From Rikenella sp. (lineage in GTDB: Bacteria; Bacteroidota; Bacteroidia; Bacteroidales; Rikenellaceae), in assembly GCA_022511025.1 (NCBI GenBank), contig JAFLSI010000001.1, forward strand, positions 1 through 58,842: a DNA stretch of 58,842 nucleotides. The letters run 5' to 3'. This document shows positions 1 through 9,937 of this stretch, piece after piece (the first letter of the stretch is position 1; the number at the start of each line of letters is the position of its first letter). The notes below the pieces were generated by a model, which was not told where the DNA came from, did no database searches, and saw only the letters and a list, made by a program, of their open reading frames with translations. Made by a program: the position numbers and the translations under genes.

Positions 1-71
1 CTAAAGTTTTTCTGGTTCTCTTTGTTCACAAAGAGAACAGTTCTCTCCCGTTACCCAAAGAACGGGCATGC

Positions 72-118
72 AAAAAAATAGTACGAAAAACGCTTCGGAA
101 TCGAAGCATTTTTCGTAC
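72..118 (-). terminator. Intrinsic terminator of nqr operon
   Basis: Hairpin gtacgaaaaa-cgcttcg/cgaagca-tttttcgtac (81-118) followed on the minus strand by T7 (A-run 72-78), ~35 nt past the nqrF stop. Confidence 0.7.
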
Positions 119-152
119 CATCCTCTCCGATTCGGAGAATAACGGAGGCCGG

Positions 153-1451
153 TCAAGACCCGAAGTTGTCGTACAGGATATTTTCCGGCGGGACCCCTAA
201 CGAGTCGAGCATCTTCACGACCGCCGAGATCATCATGGGCGGCCCGCACATCAAATACAGGCATCCCTCCGGCTCCTCGTGGTTTTTGAGGTAGTTTTCG
301 TACAGCACGTTATGCACAAAGCCCGCCGTATATTTGACTCCCGCTGCATCCGCTTCGGGGTCGGGCCGGTCGAGCGCCAAGTTGAACGAGAAGTTCGGGA
401 ACTCCTCTTCGATTTCGTGGAACTCGTGGATATAGGGCGCCTCTTTCAACGCCCGCGCTCCGTACCAGAACGACACCGGCCGTTTGGTCCGTTCGGTTTT
501 GAACAGGTGCATGATGTGGCTCCGCATCGGCGCCATCCCGGCTCCGCCCCCGATGAAGACCAACTCTTGGGTATCCGGCAGGTTGTCCGGCAGGAAGAAC
601 TCCCCGTACGGCCCTGAGATCGTAACCTTGTCGCCCGGTTTCCGGCTGAAAATATAGGACGAGCATATCCCCGGATTGACCTTCATAAACCCGCCGGTCG
701 CCTTGTCGAAAGGCGGAGTGGCGATCCGGATATTCAGCATGATGATATTTCCTTCCGCCGGATGGTTGGCCATCGAGTAGGCCCGGAACGTCGGTTCCGG
801 ATTCTTCGTTACCAAGTCCCACATCTTGAATTTGTCCCATTCCGGCCGGAACGGAGCGTCGACCTCCATGTCCGAGAATTTGATTTCGTCGTATTTCGGG
901 ATGTCGATCTGGATATACCCTCCGCTCCGGAACTTGAGTTGTTCGCCCTCCGGCAGTTTGACCACGAACTCTTTGAGGAAAGTCGAGATGTTCCGGTTGG
1001 AGACCACTTCGCACTCCCATTTCCGCACCCCCAATACGGATTCCGGCACCCGGATCGACAAATCGTTCTTGACTTTCACCTGACAGCCCAACCGCCAGTG
1101 GTCCTGCTGTTGTTTCCGGCTGAAGAAATTGACCTCGGTGGGCAGAATCTCCCCTCCGCCGTCGAGCACCTGACATTTGCACATCCCGCACGAACCGCCT
1201 CCGCCGCAAGCCGACGGGAGGTAGATCCCCTGTTCGGCGAGCGTCGAAAGCAGGCTCGACCCGGTCTGCACCGTAAGTTCTTTTTCGCCGTTGATCGTGA
1301 TGGTTACATCGCCCGAGGGGGTGAGTTTCTTCTTGGCGAAAAGAAGAACGGCCACCAAGATCAGCGTGAGGGCCGCAAAGGCGACGATAGCGGCGACGAG
1401 TGTCGGCGTCAGGCTGCTCGCGACCGCTGCTGAAATGATTGTTGCTATCAT
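153..1451 (-). CDS. nqrF: Na+-translocating NADH:quinone oxidoreductase subunit F
   Basis: N-terminal TM helix, 2Fe-2S motif CGGGGSCGMC, RAYSMAN FAD motif, GGGAGMAP, CGPPMM, C-terminal DNFG; last gene of nqr cluster. Confidence 0.97.
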   Translation of the reverse strand: MIATIISAAVASSLTPTLVAAIVAFAALTLILVAVLLFAKKKLTPSGDVTITINGEKELTVQTGSSLLSTLAEQGIYLPSACGGGGSCGMCKCQVLDGGGEILPTEVNFFSRKQQQDHWRLGCQVKVKNDLSIRVPESVLGVRKWECEVVSNRNISTFLKEFVVKLPEGEQLKFRSGGYIQIDIPKYDEIKFSDMEVDAPFRPEWDKFKMWDLVTKNPEPTFRAYSMANHPAEGNIIMLNIRIATPPFDKATGGFMKVNPGICSSYIFSRKPGDKVTISGPYGEFFLPDNLPDTQELVFIGGGAGMAPMRSHIMHLFKTERTKRPVSFWYGARALKEAPYIHEFHEIEEEFPNFSFNLALDRPDPEADAAGVKYTAGFVHNVLYENYLKNHEEPEGCLYLMCGPPMMISAVVKMLDSLGVPPENILYDNFGS

Positions 1452-1469
1452 CGTATCTGTCTGTATGCG

Positions 1470-2087
1470 TTAGAGTTGGATACCGAGGAAGATCATAAAG
1501 GCGATCCCCATCAAACCGGTAATAATAAACGTAATCCCCACCCCTTTGAGCGGTTTCGGTATGTTGGAGTAGGTCAGTTTTTCGCGAATGGCGGCCATCC
1601 CGATAATCGCGAGCCACCAGCCGATCCCCGAACCGACGGCAAAGGCCGTGGCTTCACCGATATGGGCATAGGCGCGTTCCTGCATGAAAAGCGATCCGCC
1701 CATAATCGCACAGTTCACGGCGATCAGCGGCAGAAAAATCCCCAGCGAACTGTACAGCCCCGGGGCAAACTTTTCGACGATCATTTCGACCAGCTGCACG
1801 ATCGAAGCGATCACCGCGATGAACACGATAAAACTCAGAAAGCTGAGATCCACTTCGGCCATCGACGGCGAAACCCAGCTCAAAGCCCCCCGCTCGAGGA
1901 CGTATTCGTTGAGCAGGTAGTTGACCGGTACGGTTACGGTCATCACGAAAATAACCGCCAGCCCCAACCCCATAGCCGTCTTGACGGTCTTCGACACGGC
2001 GATGTAGGAGCACATCCCGAAGAAGAAGGCGAAGACCATATTTTCGACGAAGATCGACTTGACAAATAGGTTCAGTATGTTTTCCAT
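1470..2087 (-). CDS. nqrE: Na+-NQR subunit E
   Basis: SIFVENM..FFGMCSY and LPLIAVNCAIMG motifs; operon position. Confidence 0.96.
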   Translation of the reverse strand: MENILNLFVKSIFVENMVFAFFFGMCSYIAVSKTVKTAMGLGLAVIFVMTVTVPVNYLLNEYVLERGALSWVSPSMAEVDLSFLSFIVFIAVIASIVQLVEMIVEKFAPGLYSSLGIFLPLIAVNCAIMGGSLFMQERAYAHIGEATAFAVGSGIGWWLAIIGMAAIREKLTYSNIPKPLKGVGITFIITGLMGIAFMIFLGIQL

Positions 2088-2121
2088 GATTGATCTTTAC
2101 GTTTTTCCGACGGTTAGTACG

Positions 2122-2769
2122 CTATTTTTCCTGCAAGTCCTTGTTTCGGCTGCGGTGGATCCAGATGATGATCCCGACGGTGATCAGAGCCATCGGCGGC
2201 AGAATCATCAACCCGTTGTTGGCATACCCGTGGTCGTAGCACCATTGCGGCACGACCGGGTAGCCCCACAAGGTCCCCGACCCCAAGAGTTCGCGGAAAA
2301 AGGCCACGACCAACAGAATCAGTCCGTATCCCAGTCCGTTGCCGATCCCGTCTAAGAACGACGGCCAAGGGCGGTTCCCCATGGCGAAGGCCTCCAGACG
2401 CCCCATGATGATGCAGTTGGTAATGATCAGCCCCACGAACACCGAGAGTTGTTTGCTGATGTCGTAGACGAACGCTTTCAGCACTTGGTCGACTAAGATC
2501 ACCAATGCGGCCACCACCACGAGTTGCACGATGATCCGGATCCGCGACGGAATCCCCCGGCGCATCAAAGAGATCAACAGGTTGGCGAATGCCGTTACGA
2601 CCGTTACCGACAAAGCCATCACGAAGGCCGGTTTCAGCTTGGCCGTTACCGCCAGCGCCGAGCATATCCCCAAGACCTGCACCAAAATCGGGTTGTTCCG
2701 CCCCAGCGGTCCCAGCAGGGCGTTCATATTCTTAGCCGAAAAGAGCGGCTCTTTTTCTTTGGTACTCAT
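2122..2769 (-). CDS. nqrD: Na+-NQR subunit D
   Basis: NNPILVQVLGICSALAVT and GLIITNCIIMGR motifs. Confidence 0.96.
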   Translation of the reverse strand: MSTKEKEPLFSAKNMNALLGPLGRNNPILVQVLGICSALAVTAKLKPAFVMALSVTVVTAFANLLISLMRRGIPSRIRIIVQLVVVAALVILVDQVLKAFVYDISKQLSVFVGLIITNCIIMGRLEAFAMGNRPWPSFLDGIGNGLGYGLILLVVAFFRELLGSGTLWGYPVVPQWCYDHGYANNGLMILPPMALITVGIIIWIHRSRNKDLQEK

Positions 2770-3575
2770 TATTTGGCTCCTCCTTCCGTATTTTCAGTGG
2801 TTGTTTCACACGCTGCCGTATCCGCTGCCGCTACCGCCGCAGCTGCTGCGGCCTGCACTTTCTCGAAAAACGGCACATAATCCCCCAGACAAACCCGGAG
2901 CATCGCTTTCACCCCGTTGGAGGTCAGCGTACCGCCGGAAATGGCATCCACGGCATACGGATTCCCGGCCGACGAGCCTTTCCCTTTGAGCAGGTCGATG
3001 GACTCGAACCGGCCATCCTTGAAGATCCGTTTCCCGACGAACTGCTCCTGAAAGGCTGCGGTAGTAATCTCCGCCCCCAACCCCGGCGTTTCGCTCTTGT
3101 GGTCGAACACGGCGCCCGCCACGGTATTGCAGTCGTCGTTCAGGGCGATGTAGCCCCAAACCGCGCCCCACAACCCCTTCCCGGTCAGCGGCACGACATA
3201 TTCGGTCGCATCGTCCGACAGGGTGGCGACAAATACCGGCATGGCCGTTTTGGTGTCGAAAACCGCCGGCAGGTCATTGAGCGCCCCCAGCACCTCCTCT
3301 GTCGTCGCCTCGGTGGCATTCCCCAACGAATCTACGAAGAGGGTCTTCGTAATATAGGTTCCGAACGTTTGTTCGATGTACCGGTCCTTGTCCGAAACAG
3401 CGGTATCCGAGACTCCCTTGCCGATCGCACCGAGAATGGCGCCCATCTTTTCGATCTTGACATTGGCCTCCTGCCTCGGCTGCAACTCGATGGCCGCAAA
3501 GGAGAGCACGGCGGCAACCACGACGACCAAAACGGTCGCGTAGGTTATTATATAGGTATTGCTTTGCTTGTTCAT
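2769..3575 (-). CDS. nqrC: Na+-NQR subunit C
   Basis: GKGLWG, ETPGLGAEI, DAISGGTLTS (FMN attachment Thr); Ala-rich low-complexity C-tail. Confidence 0.95.
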   Translation of the reverse strand: MNKQSNTYIITYATVLVVVVAAVLSFAAIELQPRQEANVKIEKMGAILGAIGKGVSDTAVSDKDRYIEQTFGTYITKTLFVDSLGNATEATTEEVLGALNDLPAVFDTKTAMPVFVATLSDDATEYVVPLTGKGLWGAVWGYIALNDDCNTVAGAVFDHKSETPGLGAEITTAAFQEQFVGKRIFKDGRFESIDLLKGKGSSAGNPYAVDAISGGTLTSNGVKAMLRVCLGDYVPFFEKVQAAAAAAVAAADTAACETTTENTEGGAK

Positions 3576-3603
3576 GGTTTCGATAACTGAAAAGATGAGT
3601 GGT

Positions 3604-4824
3604 TTATGCGTTGGCTTTGCTCCGTTTCAGCCGGCGTTTGACATTCCCCTGAACCACATAGTGGTCGATCAGCGGCGCCATGGCGTTCATGAACAGGATC
3701 GCGAGCATCATCCCTTCCGGATAGCCCGGATTCAGCACACGGGTCAGCACGCAGAGAACGCCGATCAGAAACCCGTAGATGTATTTCCCGCGGTTGGTCT
3801 GCGCAGCCGTTACCGGGTCGGTCGCCATGAACACCGTCCCGAAAGCGAATCCGCCGAGAAGCAGGTGATACCAGGCCGGCAAGGTCATCATCACATTGGC
3901 GCCGATCAGGTTGAACACGCCGCCCATGGCCAATCCCCCGACCACCGTCGAGAGCATGATCCGCCAGCTCCCCACACCGGTCCAGACCAGAATGAGCGCT
4001 CCGATCAGAATAGCCAGCGTGGAGGTTTCGCCGATCGATCCCGGAATGAAGCCGTAGAACCAGTCGATCGGTGTGGTCCCCATGCTCCACTGAATGGCGT
4101 CGGCCGACTGAACCGCCCCGCTCGACAGAGCCGCAGCGGCATCGCCCAACGGGGTCGCCCCCGAATAGCCGTCCACCAACGCTCCGCCGTTCTGCAACAT
4201 CGCTCCGCCTTTCAACCCCGCTACCCACACTTCATTCCCGGAGATCGAGGTCGGATAGGCAAAGAAAATGAATGCCCGAGCCAGCAGGGCCGGGTTGAAG
4301 ATGTTCATCCCGGTGCCGCCGAACATCTCTTTCCCCACGATCACGGCAAAGGCGGTCGCCACGGCCACGATCCACAGCGGACAGTCCACCGGCATGATCA
4401 TCGGTATGAGCAGCCCGCTGACCAAAAAGCCTTCGTTGACCTCTTCGTGTCTGACTTCGGCGAAGATAAATTCGATCCCCAACCCCACGACGTAGGCTAC
4501 GACAATGATCGGCAGCACTTTCAGAAAGCCGAACCAGAAGTTCTGCATCACGGTGGTATCGCTCAGTCCGAGCGCCACGTTGTTGTGCTGGTATCCGACA
4601 TTGAACATCCCGAACAGCAGGGCGGGCAGCAGGGCGACGATCACGACGGTCATGGTGCGTTTCAAGTCCATGGCGTCCCGAATGTGCGCCCCCTGTTTCG
4701 TTACCGTATTCGGCACGTAGAGGAACGATTCGAAAGCCTCGAATGTCGAGGCGAACCGGCCGTACTTTCCCCCGGCCTGAAATTTGGGTTTTATCTTGTC
4801 CAGATAGTTTCTCAGTCCTTTCAT
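3604..4824 (-). CDS. nqrB: Na+-NQR subunit B
   Basis: HIRDAMDLKR, FGGTGMNIFNPAL, DGYSGATPL (FMN Thr), FMATDPVT. Confidence 0.96.
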   Translation of the reverse strand: MKGLRNYLDKIKPKFQAGGKYGRFASTFEAFESFLYVPNTVTKQGAHIRDAMDLKRTMTVVIVALLPALLFGMFNVGYQHNNVALGLSDTTVMQNFWFGFLKVLPIIVVAYVVGLGIEFIFAEVRHEEVNEGFLVSGLLIPMIMPVDCPLWIVAVATAFAVIVGKEMFGGTGMNIFNPALLARAFIFFAYPTSISGNEVWVAGLKGGAMLQNGGALVDGYSGATPLGDAAAALSSGAVQSADAIQWSMGTTPIDWFYGFIPGSIGETSTLAILIGALILVWTGVGSWRIMLSTVVGGLAMGGVFNLIGANVMMTLPAWYHLLLGGFAFGTVFMATDPVTAAQTNRGKYIYGFLIGVLCVLTRVLNPGYPEGMMLAILFMNAMAPLIDHYVVQGNVKRRLKRSKANA

Positions 4825-4836
4825 ATCCGCGTGCCG

Positions 4837-6225
4837 TTAGTTGAGTTCTTTTATCATCTGTTCGATCCCGCGACCGACGATGGCTTGCCATTCGTTCTTC
4901 GAGGGGTCGATAAATTCGCACAAGGCCACATCTTCTTCGATCACTTCGTAAATGCCGAGGTTTTCCATCTTGTCGATGTCTCCGGCCAGAATCGCTTTGA
5001 TCAGGTAGAGGGGATAGATGTTCATCGGCATCACTTTGTCGTAGATCCCGGTCTGAACGAATGCCCGGCGGCCGCCGTTCAGGTTGGTGTCGAGGTCGTA
5101 CCGTTTTTTCGGGAACAGCCACGAAAAATAGCTGTGCGATACCGAAAACTTATTGAGCCGCGGCATCGCCCAACCCAAAAATTCATACCGGTTTCCTTCC
5201 GGAATCACGGTAATCTGGTTGTGGTAAAAGCCGAGGTAGCCTTCCACGTCGTCGAGTTCGACTTTCGTTCCGGTCAGCGGATTGCCGCTGATCACCCGCA
5301 CGCCGCCCCCGTCGGTCCGGGCGTCCGTTTCCGGTTTCGGCCGCAAATTCCCGTCGGTAACCGAAGAGACCAAGGCGCCGCTGATCACTTTGAAATAATG
5401 GGGCTTCACGACCTCCGACCCGGTCAGCGCCACGACTTTGCTCATATCCACGGTCCCGGTCAAGAAGAGCCGGCCGATCATCACCACATGCTGCAACTCG
5501 ACGGTCCAGACCACATCGCCTTTCCCGATCGGGTCGATCTGGGCGATCTGTACGCCGACGTTTCCTGCCGGGTGCGGCCCTTCGATGTGGTGCACTTCGG
5601 CCTGCTCGATCTTGCTGAGCACGCCTGCGGTCGTATCGGTTCCGACGGTCAGGTGCACTTTTCCGTCGGTCAGTTTCTTGAGCACTTCCAACCCGGCGAC
5701 GATGCAATCCCCCTGATCCTGAACCAAAAAGCTGAGGTCGGGGGCCAGCGGTGCGGTATCCAATCCGGACACGAATATCGCTTTGGGCCGGGCGGCCGTA
5801 TCGGCGATCACGCCGAACGGCCGCTGTATGATCATGGGCCAGAATCCTGCTTTCAGCAAGGTCTCTTTCACGCGCTGCCGGTCGAGTTCGGCCACCGGAC
5901 AAACGTCGAACGATTCGCTTTCACCGCTCCCGTCGGGCGTTACGACGACACTCAGAATCTTGCGTTTCTCGCCGCGGTTCACGGCGCTGACTTCGCCGCT
6001 GACGGGCGACGAAAAGAGAACTTCGGGATGCTCTTTCGAGAAGAAAAGCGGACTTCCGGCTTTCACCTTGTCGCCGACTTTGACCAACAGTTTGGGGGTT
6101 ACGCCGCGGTAGTGGCCGGGCACCACGGCATAACGCGCCGATGCCGGACACTTGGTGAGCACGCGCTCGGCACTCCCGACCAAGTTAATGTCGAGTCCTT
6201 TGCGCAGTTTGATTACTTTCGACAT
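4837..6225 (-). CDS. nqrA: Na+-NQR subunit A
   Basis: IKLRKGLDINL start, GPHPAGNVG, EEDVALCEF; first gene of nqr cluster. Confidence 0.95.
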   Translation of the reverse strand: MSKVIKLRKGLDINLVGSAERVLTKCPASARYAVVPGHYRGVTPKLLVKVGDKVKAGSPLFFSKEHPEVLFSSPVSGEVSAVNRGEKRKILSVVVTPDGSGESESFDVCPVAELDRQRVKETLLKAGFWPMIIQRPFGVIADTAARPKAIFVSGLDTAPLAPDLSFLVQDQGDCIVAGLEVLKKLTDGKVHLTVGTDTTAGVLSKIEQAEVHHIEGPHPAGNVGVQIAQIDPIGKGDVVWTVELQHVVMIGRLFLTGTVDMSKVVALTGSEVVKPHYFKVISGALVSSVTDGNLRPKPETDARTDGGGVRVISGNPLTGTKVELDDVEGYLGFYHNQITVIPEGNRYEFLGWAMPRLNKFSVSHSYFSWLFPKKRYDLDTNLNGGRRAFVQTGIYDKVMPMNIYPLYLIKAILAGDIDKMENLGIYEVIEEDVALCEFIDPSKNEWQAIVGRGIEQMIKELN

Positions 6226-6327
6226 ATTCGGTTATTGTATTTTTTTGAATTCGTTCGGTTTGTCTTTGTTCGTTCGGTTTTTCCGGTGTATCGGCAGGAT
6301 CGGTCGGGGCGAACTGCCGCCTCCCGC

Positions 6328-6357
6328 AAAACTGCGATTCGGAAGATCGCCGGCCTC
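6328..6357 (-). repeat. Dispersed GC-rich palindromic (REP-like) repeat, copy 1
   Basis: Minus strand gaggccggcgatcttccgaatcgcagtttt closely matches plus-strand 58770-58800 gaggccggcgatccttacggatcgcagtttt. Confidence 0.6.
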
Positions 6358-6387
6358 GCAAAATCCAACGGGTCTGCCCCTGCAATT

Positions 6388-7605
6388 TTACCGCTCGTAC
6401 CGGTAGACCTTTCCATCCTCGCCCGCCACATCGAGCCGGGCCGGCGCCGCCTCATCCGCCAACCTTTCGACCCGTCCCACCACCTGCGCCGCAATCCCCA
6501 GCGACTCCGCGATCTCCACGATCTCCGCCGCCACCTCCGGCATCACGTAAAACTCCAACCGGTGGCCCATGTTGAAGACCTTGTACATCTCCTCCCACGG
6601 CGTTCCCGACTGCTCCCGGATGATGCGGAACAGCGGCGGCACCGGCAGCAGATTATCCTTTATAATATGCAGCCCCGGTTTGGCGAAGTGCAGGATTTTG
6701 GTTTGCGCCCCCCCCGTGCAGTGGATCATGCCGAGAATATGCCGGCGCCCCACCTCGTTCAGAATGCGCGTAACGACCGGCGCATAAGTTCGTGTCGGCG
6801 ACAAAACGAGCCGCCCCATGTCGACCGAATCGGGAATCCCCGCCTCGGCCCCTCCCGGAACCGGATCCGTGAGGTTGAAGGAGCCGCTGTAGACCAATTC
6901 GTCCGGAATCCCCCCGTCGAACGACTCCGGGTACCGCGCCGCCAGCACCTTGCCGAACACGTCGTGCCGGGCCGAAGTCAGCCCGTTGCTTCCCATCCCT
7001 CCGTTATAGCCCCGCTCGTACTTCGCCTGTCCGTACGAAGCCAGCCCCACGATCACGCACCCCGGTGCGATCCGGTCGTTGGAGATCACCTCGTCGCGCC
7101 GCATCCGCGCCGTAACCGTCGAGTCGACAATGATCGTGCGGACCAAATCCCCCACATCCGCCGTCTCGCCTCCCGTGGAGCGGATATGGACACCGTAGTC
7201 CCGCAAGGTCTGCAAAAACTCTTCCGTCCCCTCGATAACCGCTGCGATGACCTCGCCCGGAATCAGCCGTTTGTTGCGTCCGATGGTCGACGAGAGGATG
7301 ATGTTGTCCGTCGCCCCGATGCAGAGCAGGTCGTCGGTATTCATCACCACCGCATCCTGAGCCACCCCCTTCCACACGTCCAGCGCCCCGGTCTCCCGCC
7401 AGTACAGGTAGGCTAACGACGACTTGGTCCCCGCCCCGTCCGCGTGCATGACCAAACAGTGCTCGCTGCTGCCGGTGAACCAGTCCGGAATCACTTTGCA
7501 GAATGCCTTGTCGAACAACCCCTTGTCGATGTTCCGGATCGCTCTGTGCACCTCCTCCTTGCCCGAGGAGACGCCGCGACCGGCATAACGTGAATGGTCT
7601 GCCAT
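6388..7605 (-). CDS. purM: Phosphoribosylaminoimidazole (AIR) synthetase, Bacteroidetes type
   Basis: RGVSSGKEEVH, MHADGAGTKS, GGETADVGD, HCTGG, VFNMG; start re-placed at MADHSRY (ATG 7605) just downstream of a TAACTTTG box. Confidence 0.9.
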   Translation of the reverse strand: MADHSRYAGRGVSSGKEEVHRAIRNIDKGLFDKAFCKVIPDWFTGSSEHCLVMHADGAGTKSSLAYLYWRETGALDVWKGVAQDAVVMNTDDLLCIGATDNIILSSTIGRNKRLIPGEVIAAVIEGTEEFLQTLRDYGVHIRSTGGETADVGDLVRTIIVDSTVTARMRRDEVISNDRIAPGCVIVGLASYGQAKYERGYNGGMGSNGLTSARHDVFGKVLAARYPESFDGGIPDELVYSGSFNLTDPVPGGAEAGIPDSVDMGRLVLSPTRTYAPVVTRILNEVGRRHILGMIHCTGGAQTKILHFAKPGLHIIKDNLLPVPPLFRIIREQSGTPWEEMYKVFNMGHRLEFYVMPEVAAEIVEIAESLGIAAQVVGRVERLADEAAPARLDVAGEDGKVYRYER

Positions 7606-7634
7606 AAGAGGGACGCTTTGTTTTTTGATGTCTG

Positions 7635-7642
7635 CAAAGTTA
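7635..7642 (-). promoter_or_regulatory. Bacteroidetes -7 promoter box (TAACTTTG) for purM
   Basis: Matches TAnnTTTG, 30 nt upstream of purM ATG. Confidence 0.6.
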
Positions 7643-7735
7643 CTCTTTTTTTTGTTTCTGCGCGTATGATTTTGCCTCGGTTGCGTTTTGTCTCTCCTCC
7701 TCCGGAGAGGGGCGGAAAATGTGGAGGGAAATGGG

Positions 7736-7743
7736 TATATTTG
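7736..7743 (+). promoter_or_regulatory. -7 promoter box (TATATTTG), divergent from purM
   Basis: TAnnTTTG 25 nt upstream of ATG 7769. Confidence 0.6.
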
Positions 7744-7768
7744 TCCGAAAGAAAAACAGAGCAAAACA

Positions 7769-9307
7769 ATGGCTATCGGCAGACAGGAGGCGGTTTTCGA
7801 GCTGGTTCGCGGGCTGAGCAAGGCGGAAAAGCGGAATTTCAAACTGTTCGCCGCCCGCAGCGAAGCGCATCGGGAGTCGAAATTCATCGCCCTGTTCGAT
7901 GCGCTGGACACCCTCGACGAGTACGACGAGGCGAAGGTGCTGAAGAAAACGGGCATCCGGAAGGAGCAGCTGCCCAACATGAAGTCCTACCTCTACCGGC
8001 AGATCTTGGTCAGCGTGCGGCTGCTCAACGTGCAGCACATCGGTGTGATGGAGGTGCGCCAGATGATCGACTTCGCCCGGATACTCTACGACAAAAACAT
8101 GTTCCGGCAGGCGCTCCAGATGCTGGACCGGGCGAAGCGGCTGGCCTTGGAGCTGCAAAACTTCACACTGGCCTTGGAGATCGTGGAATTCGAGAAGCGG
8201 GTCGAATCGCTCCACATGAACCGCAGCGCGACGGGGCGGGCGGCCTCGCTGAGCGAACAGGCCGAAACGCTCGCCAAACGGATCGCCAATATCAACGGCC
8301 TGTCGAACCTCTCGGTGCAGCTGTACAGCCTGAACCTCCAGTTAGGCTATGTCCGGAGCGAAAAAGACCGGAAACTGGTTACCGATTTCTTCAAAACGCG
8401 GCTCGATGCCTACGACGACCGGGGGATGAGCTTCCACGAACGGCTCTACCTCTACCAGGCGCGAATGGGGTACAGCTACATCCGGTACGATTTCGCAGTC
8501 TGTTACCGGTATGCGCTGCGGTTGGTCGGTCTGTTCGACGAGCGGCCGGATCTGATTTCGGTCTACTACGACCATTATGTGCGGGCGGTTTCGCGCCTGC
8601 TCGACGTGCTTTTCATGACACGGCGCCACGACCAGATGGTCTGGGGGATCGAGAAGTTGGAGCGCGAACTGCCCAAAATCAGACCGATGACCGACCACCT
8701 GATCATCATCTCGAATCTCTGCCTGCTGCAAGCGAAAATCAATGTCCACTTTCTGGAGGGGAGTTTCGCCGAGGGGGTGCAGCTGGCGGCCCAGGTGGAC
8801 GACTTCCTGAACGAGTACGGGCGAAACGTGGACGAACATTACCGGATGCTGCTCTCGTACAAGATCGCCTGCCTCTACTTCGGGAACGGGGAGTACAAAA
8901 AGTGCATCAATTACCTCCACACGATCATCTCGATTCCGAACCCGCAGTTCCGGCGCGACTTGCAGGTCTTTGCGCGCATTCTGCACCTGATCGCCTCCTA
9001 CGAGGCGGGGGACGACTACTCGTTGGAGTACCAGATCAAAAGCGTCTACGCTTTTGTCGTGAAAACCAACGACATGCACGCCGTGCAACACGAGATCATC
9101 ACCTTCCTCAAACGCATCCCGCATACCTACGCGTCGGATTTCAAAGGGGAGCTGACACGCCTGTACGAGCATCTCAAACCGTTCGAGAGCCATCCGTATG
9201 AACGGCGGCCGTTTTTCTATTTGGACATCATTTCGTGGTTGGAGAGCAAAATCCAAGACATTCCGATTGCGGAGATTATCCGGCAAAAATACGGGCGGAG
9301 GATGTAA
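7769..9307 (+). CDS. Conserved hypothetical all-helical (TPR-like) protein
   Basis: 512 aa ORF with host codon usage; N-terminal FELVRGLSKAEKRNFKL resembles a Bacteroidetes conserved hypothetical family; helical repeat pattern. Confidence 0.75.
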   Translation: MAIGRQEAVFELVRGLSKAEKRNFKLFAARSEAHRESKFIALFDALDTLDEYDEAKVLKKTGIRKEQLPNMKSYLYRQILVSVRLLNVQHIGVMEVRQMIDFARILYDKNMFRQALQMLDRAKRLALELQNFTLALEIVEFEKRVESLHMNRSATGRAASLSEQAETLAKRIANINGLSNLSVQLYSLNLQLGYVRSEKDRKLVTDFFKTRLDAYDDRGMSFHERLYLYQARMGYSYIRYDFAVCYRYALRLVGLFDERPDLISVYYDHYVRAVSRLLDVLFMTRRHDQMVWGIEKLERELPKIRPMTDHLIIISNLCLLQAKINVHFLEGSFAEGVQLAAQVDDFLNEYGRNVDEHYRMLLSYKIACLYFGNGEYKKCINYLHTIISIPNPQFRRDLQVFARILHLIASYEAGDDYSLEYQIKSVYAFVVKTNDMHAVQHEIITFLKRIPHTYASDFKGELTRLYEHLKPFESHPYERRPFFYLDIISWLESKIQDIPIAEIIRQKYGRRM

Positions 9308-9367
9308 GGACTGCGGCCTGAGGCGCCCGAAAGGCGATTCGGCAGAGCTGCGAAGCGCAAAAAAAGC

Positions 9368-9375
9368 TATCTTTG
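9368..9375 (+). promoter_or_regulatory. -7 promoter box (TATCTTTG)
   Basis: TAnnTTTG 22 nt upstream of ATG 9398. Confidence 0.55.
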
Positions 9376-9397
9376 GAGAAACCAAAACCGCGACGCA

Positions 9398-9937
9398 ATG
9401 TCTATGATCTTCAAATTCAGGATGCTGAGCGACGAATCCGAAACCTTTGTCCGGGACTACGAGGTGCGGTACGATATGAATCTGGCCGATTTTCACGCCT
9501 ATCTGCGCGAGTCGGTCGGGTACGAAGCGGACGGAATGGCCTCGATTTTCCTTTCGGATGCCGAGTGGGAGAAAGGGCGCGAGTTTACCTCCGAAGATAT
9601 GGGGTTCGGGGCCGGCACGGAAGCGGAGGAGGAGGGGGCGTGGGCGCCGCCGGTGCCGATGGAGCGGGTGTCGCTGGGACAGATCCTGCACGAACGGTTC
9701 GGCCGGTTGATCTACGTTTTCGACCTGTTCAACGAGCGGCAATTCTTCATCGAGCTGCTCGAAGCGAAGTTCGAGGAGGAGGGGGTCGAATACCCGCGCA
9801 TCGTGGCCGAAGCGGGCGAACCTCCGCTGCAATACGATGCCGCAGCGGGCGAGGCGGCCGAGCGGTCGATGTTCGACGAAGCGATGGACGAGTTCGGGAC
9901 GTTCGAGGGGGACGACAGCTATGACGACGAATACTAA
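9398..9937 (+). CDS. pRiA4b ORF-3-like (IS1096 passenger TnpR-like) acidic protein
   Basis: FVRDYEV..LADFH, LIYVFDLFNERQFFIEL, YPRIV motifs, acidic tail; overlaps miaA start. Confidence 0.7.
   Translation: MSMIFKFRMLSDESETFVRDYEVRYDMNLADFHAYLRESVGYEADGMASIFLSDAEWEKGREFTSEDMGFGAGTEAEEEGAWAPPVPMERVSLGQILHERFGRLIYVFDLFNERQFFIELLEAKFEEEGVEYPRIVAEAGEPPLQYDAAAGEAAERSMFDEAMDEFGTFEGDDSYDDEY

Noticed and set aside
3559-7416. 1285-aa plus-strand ORF
   Set aside because: Antisense shadow of nqrB/nqrA/purM in high-GC DNA; no recognisable motifs
9398-9937. IS element suggested by the TnpR-passenger-like family name
   Set aside because: No transposase or terminal repeats; the gene overlaps miaA like a core gene
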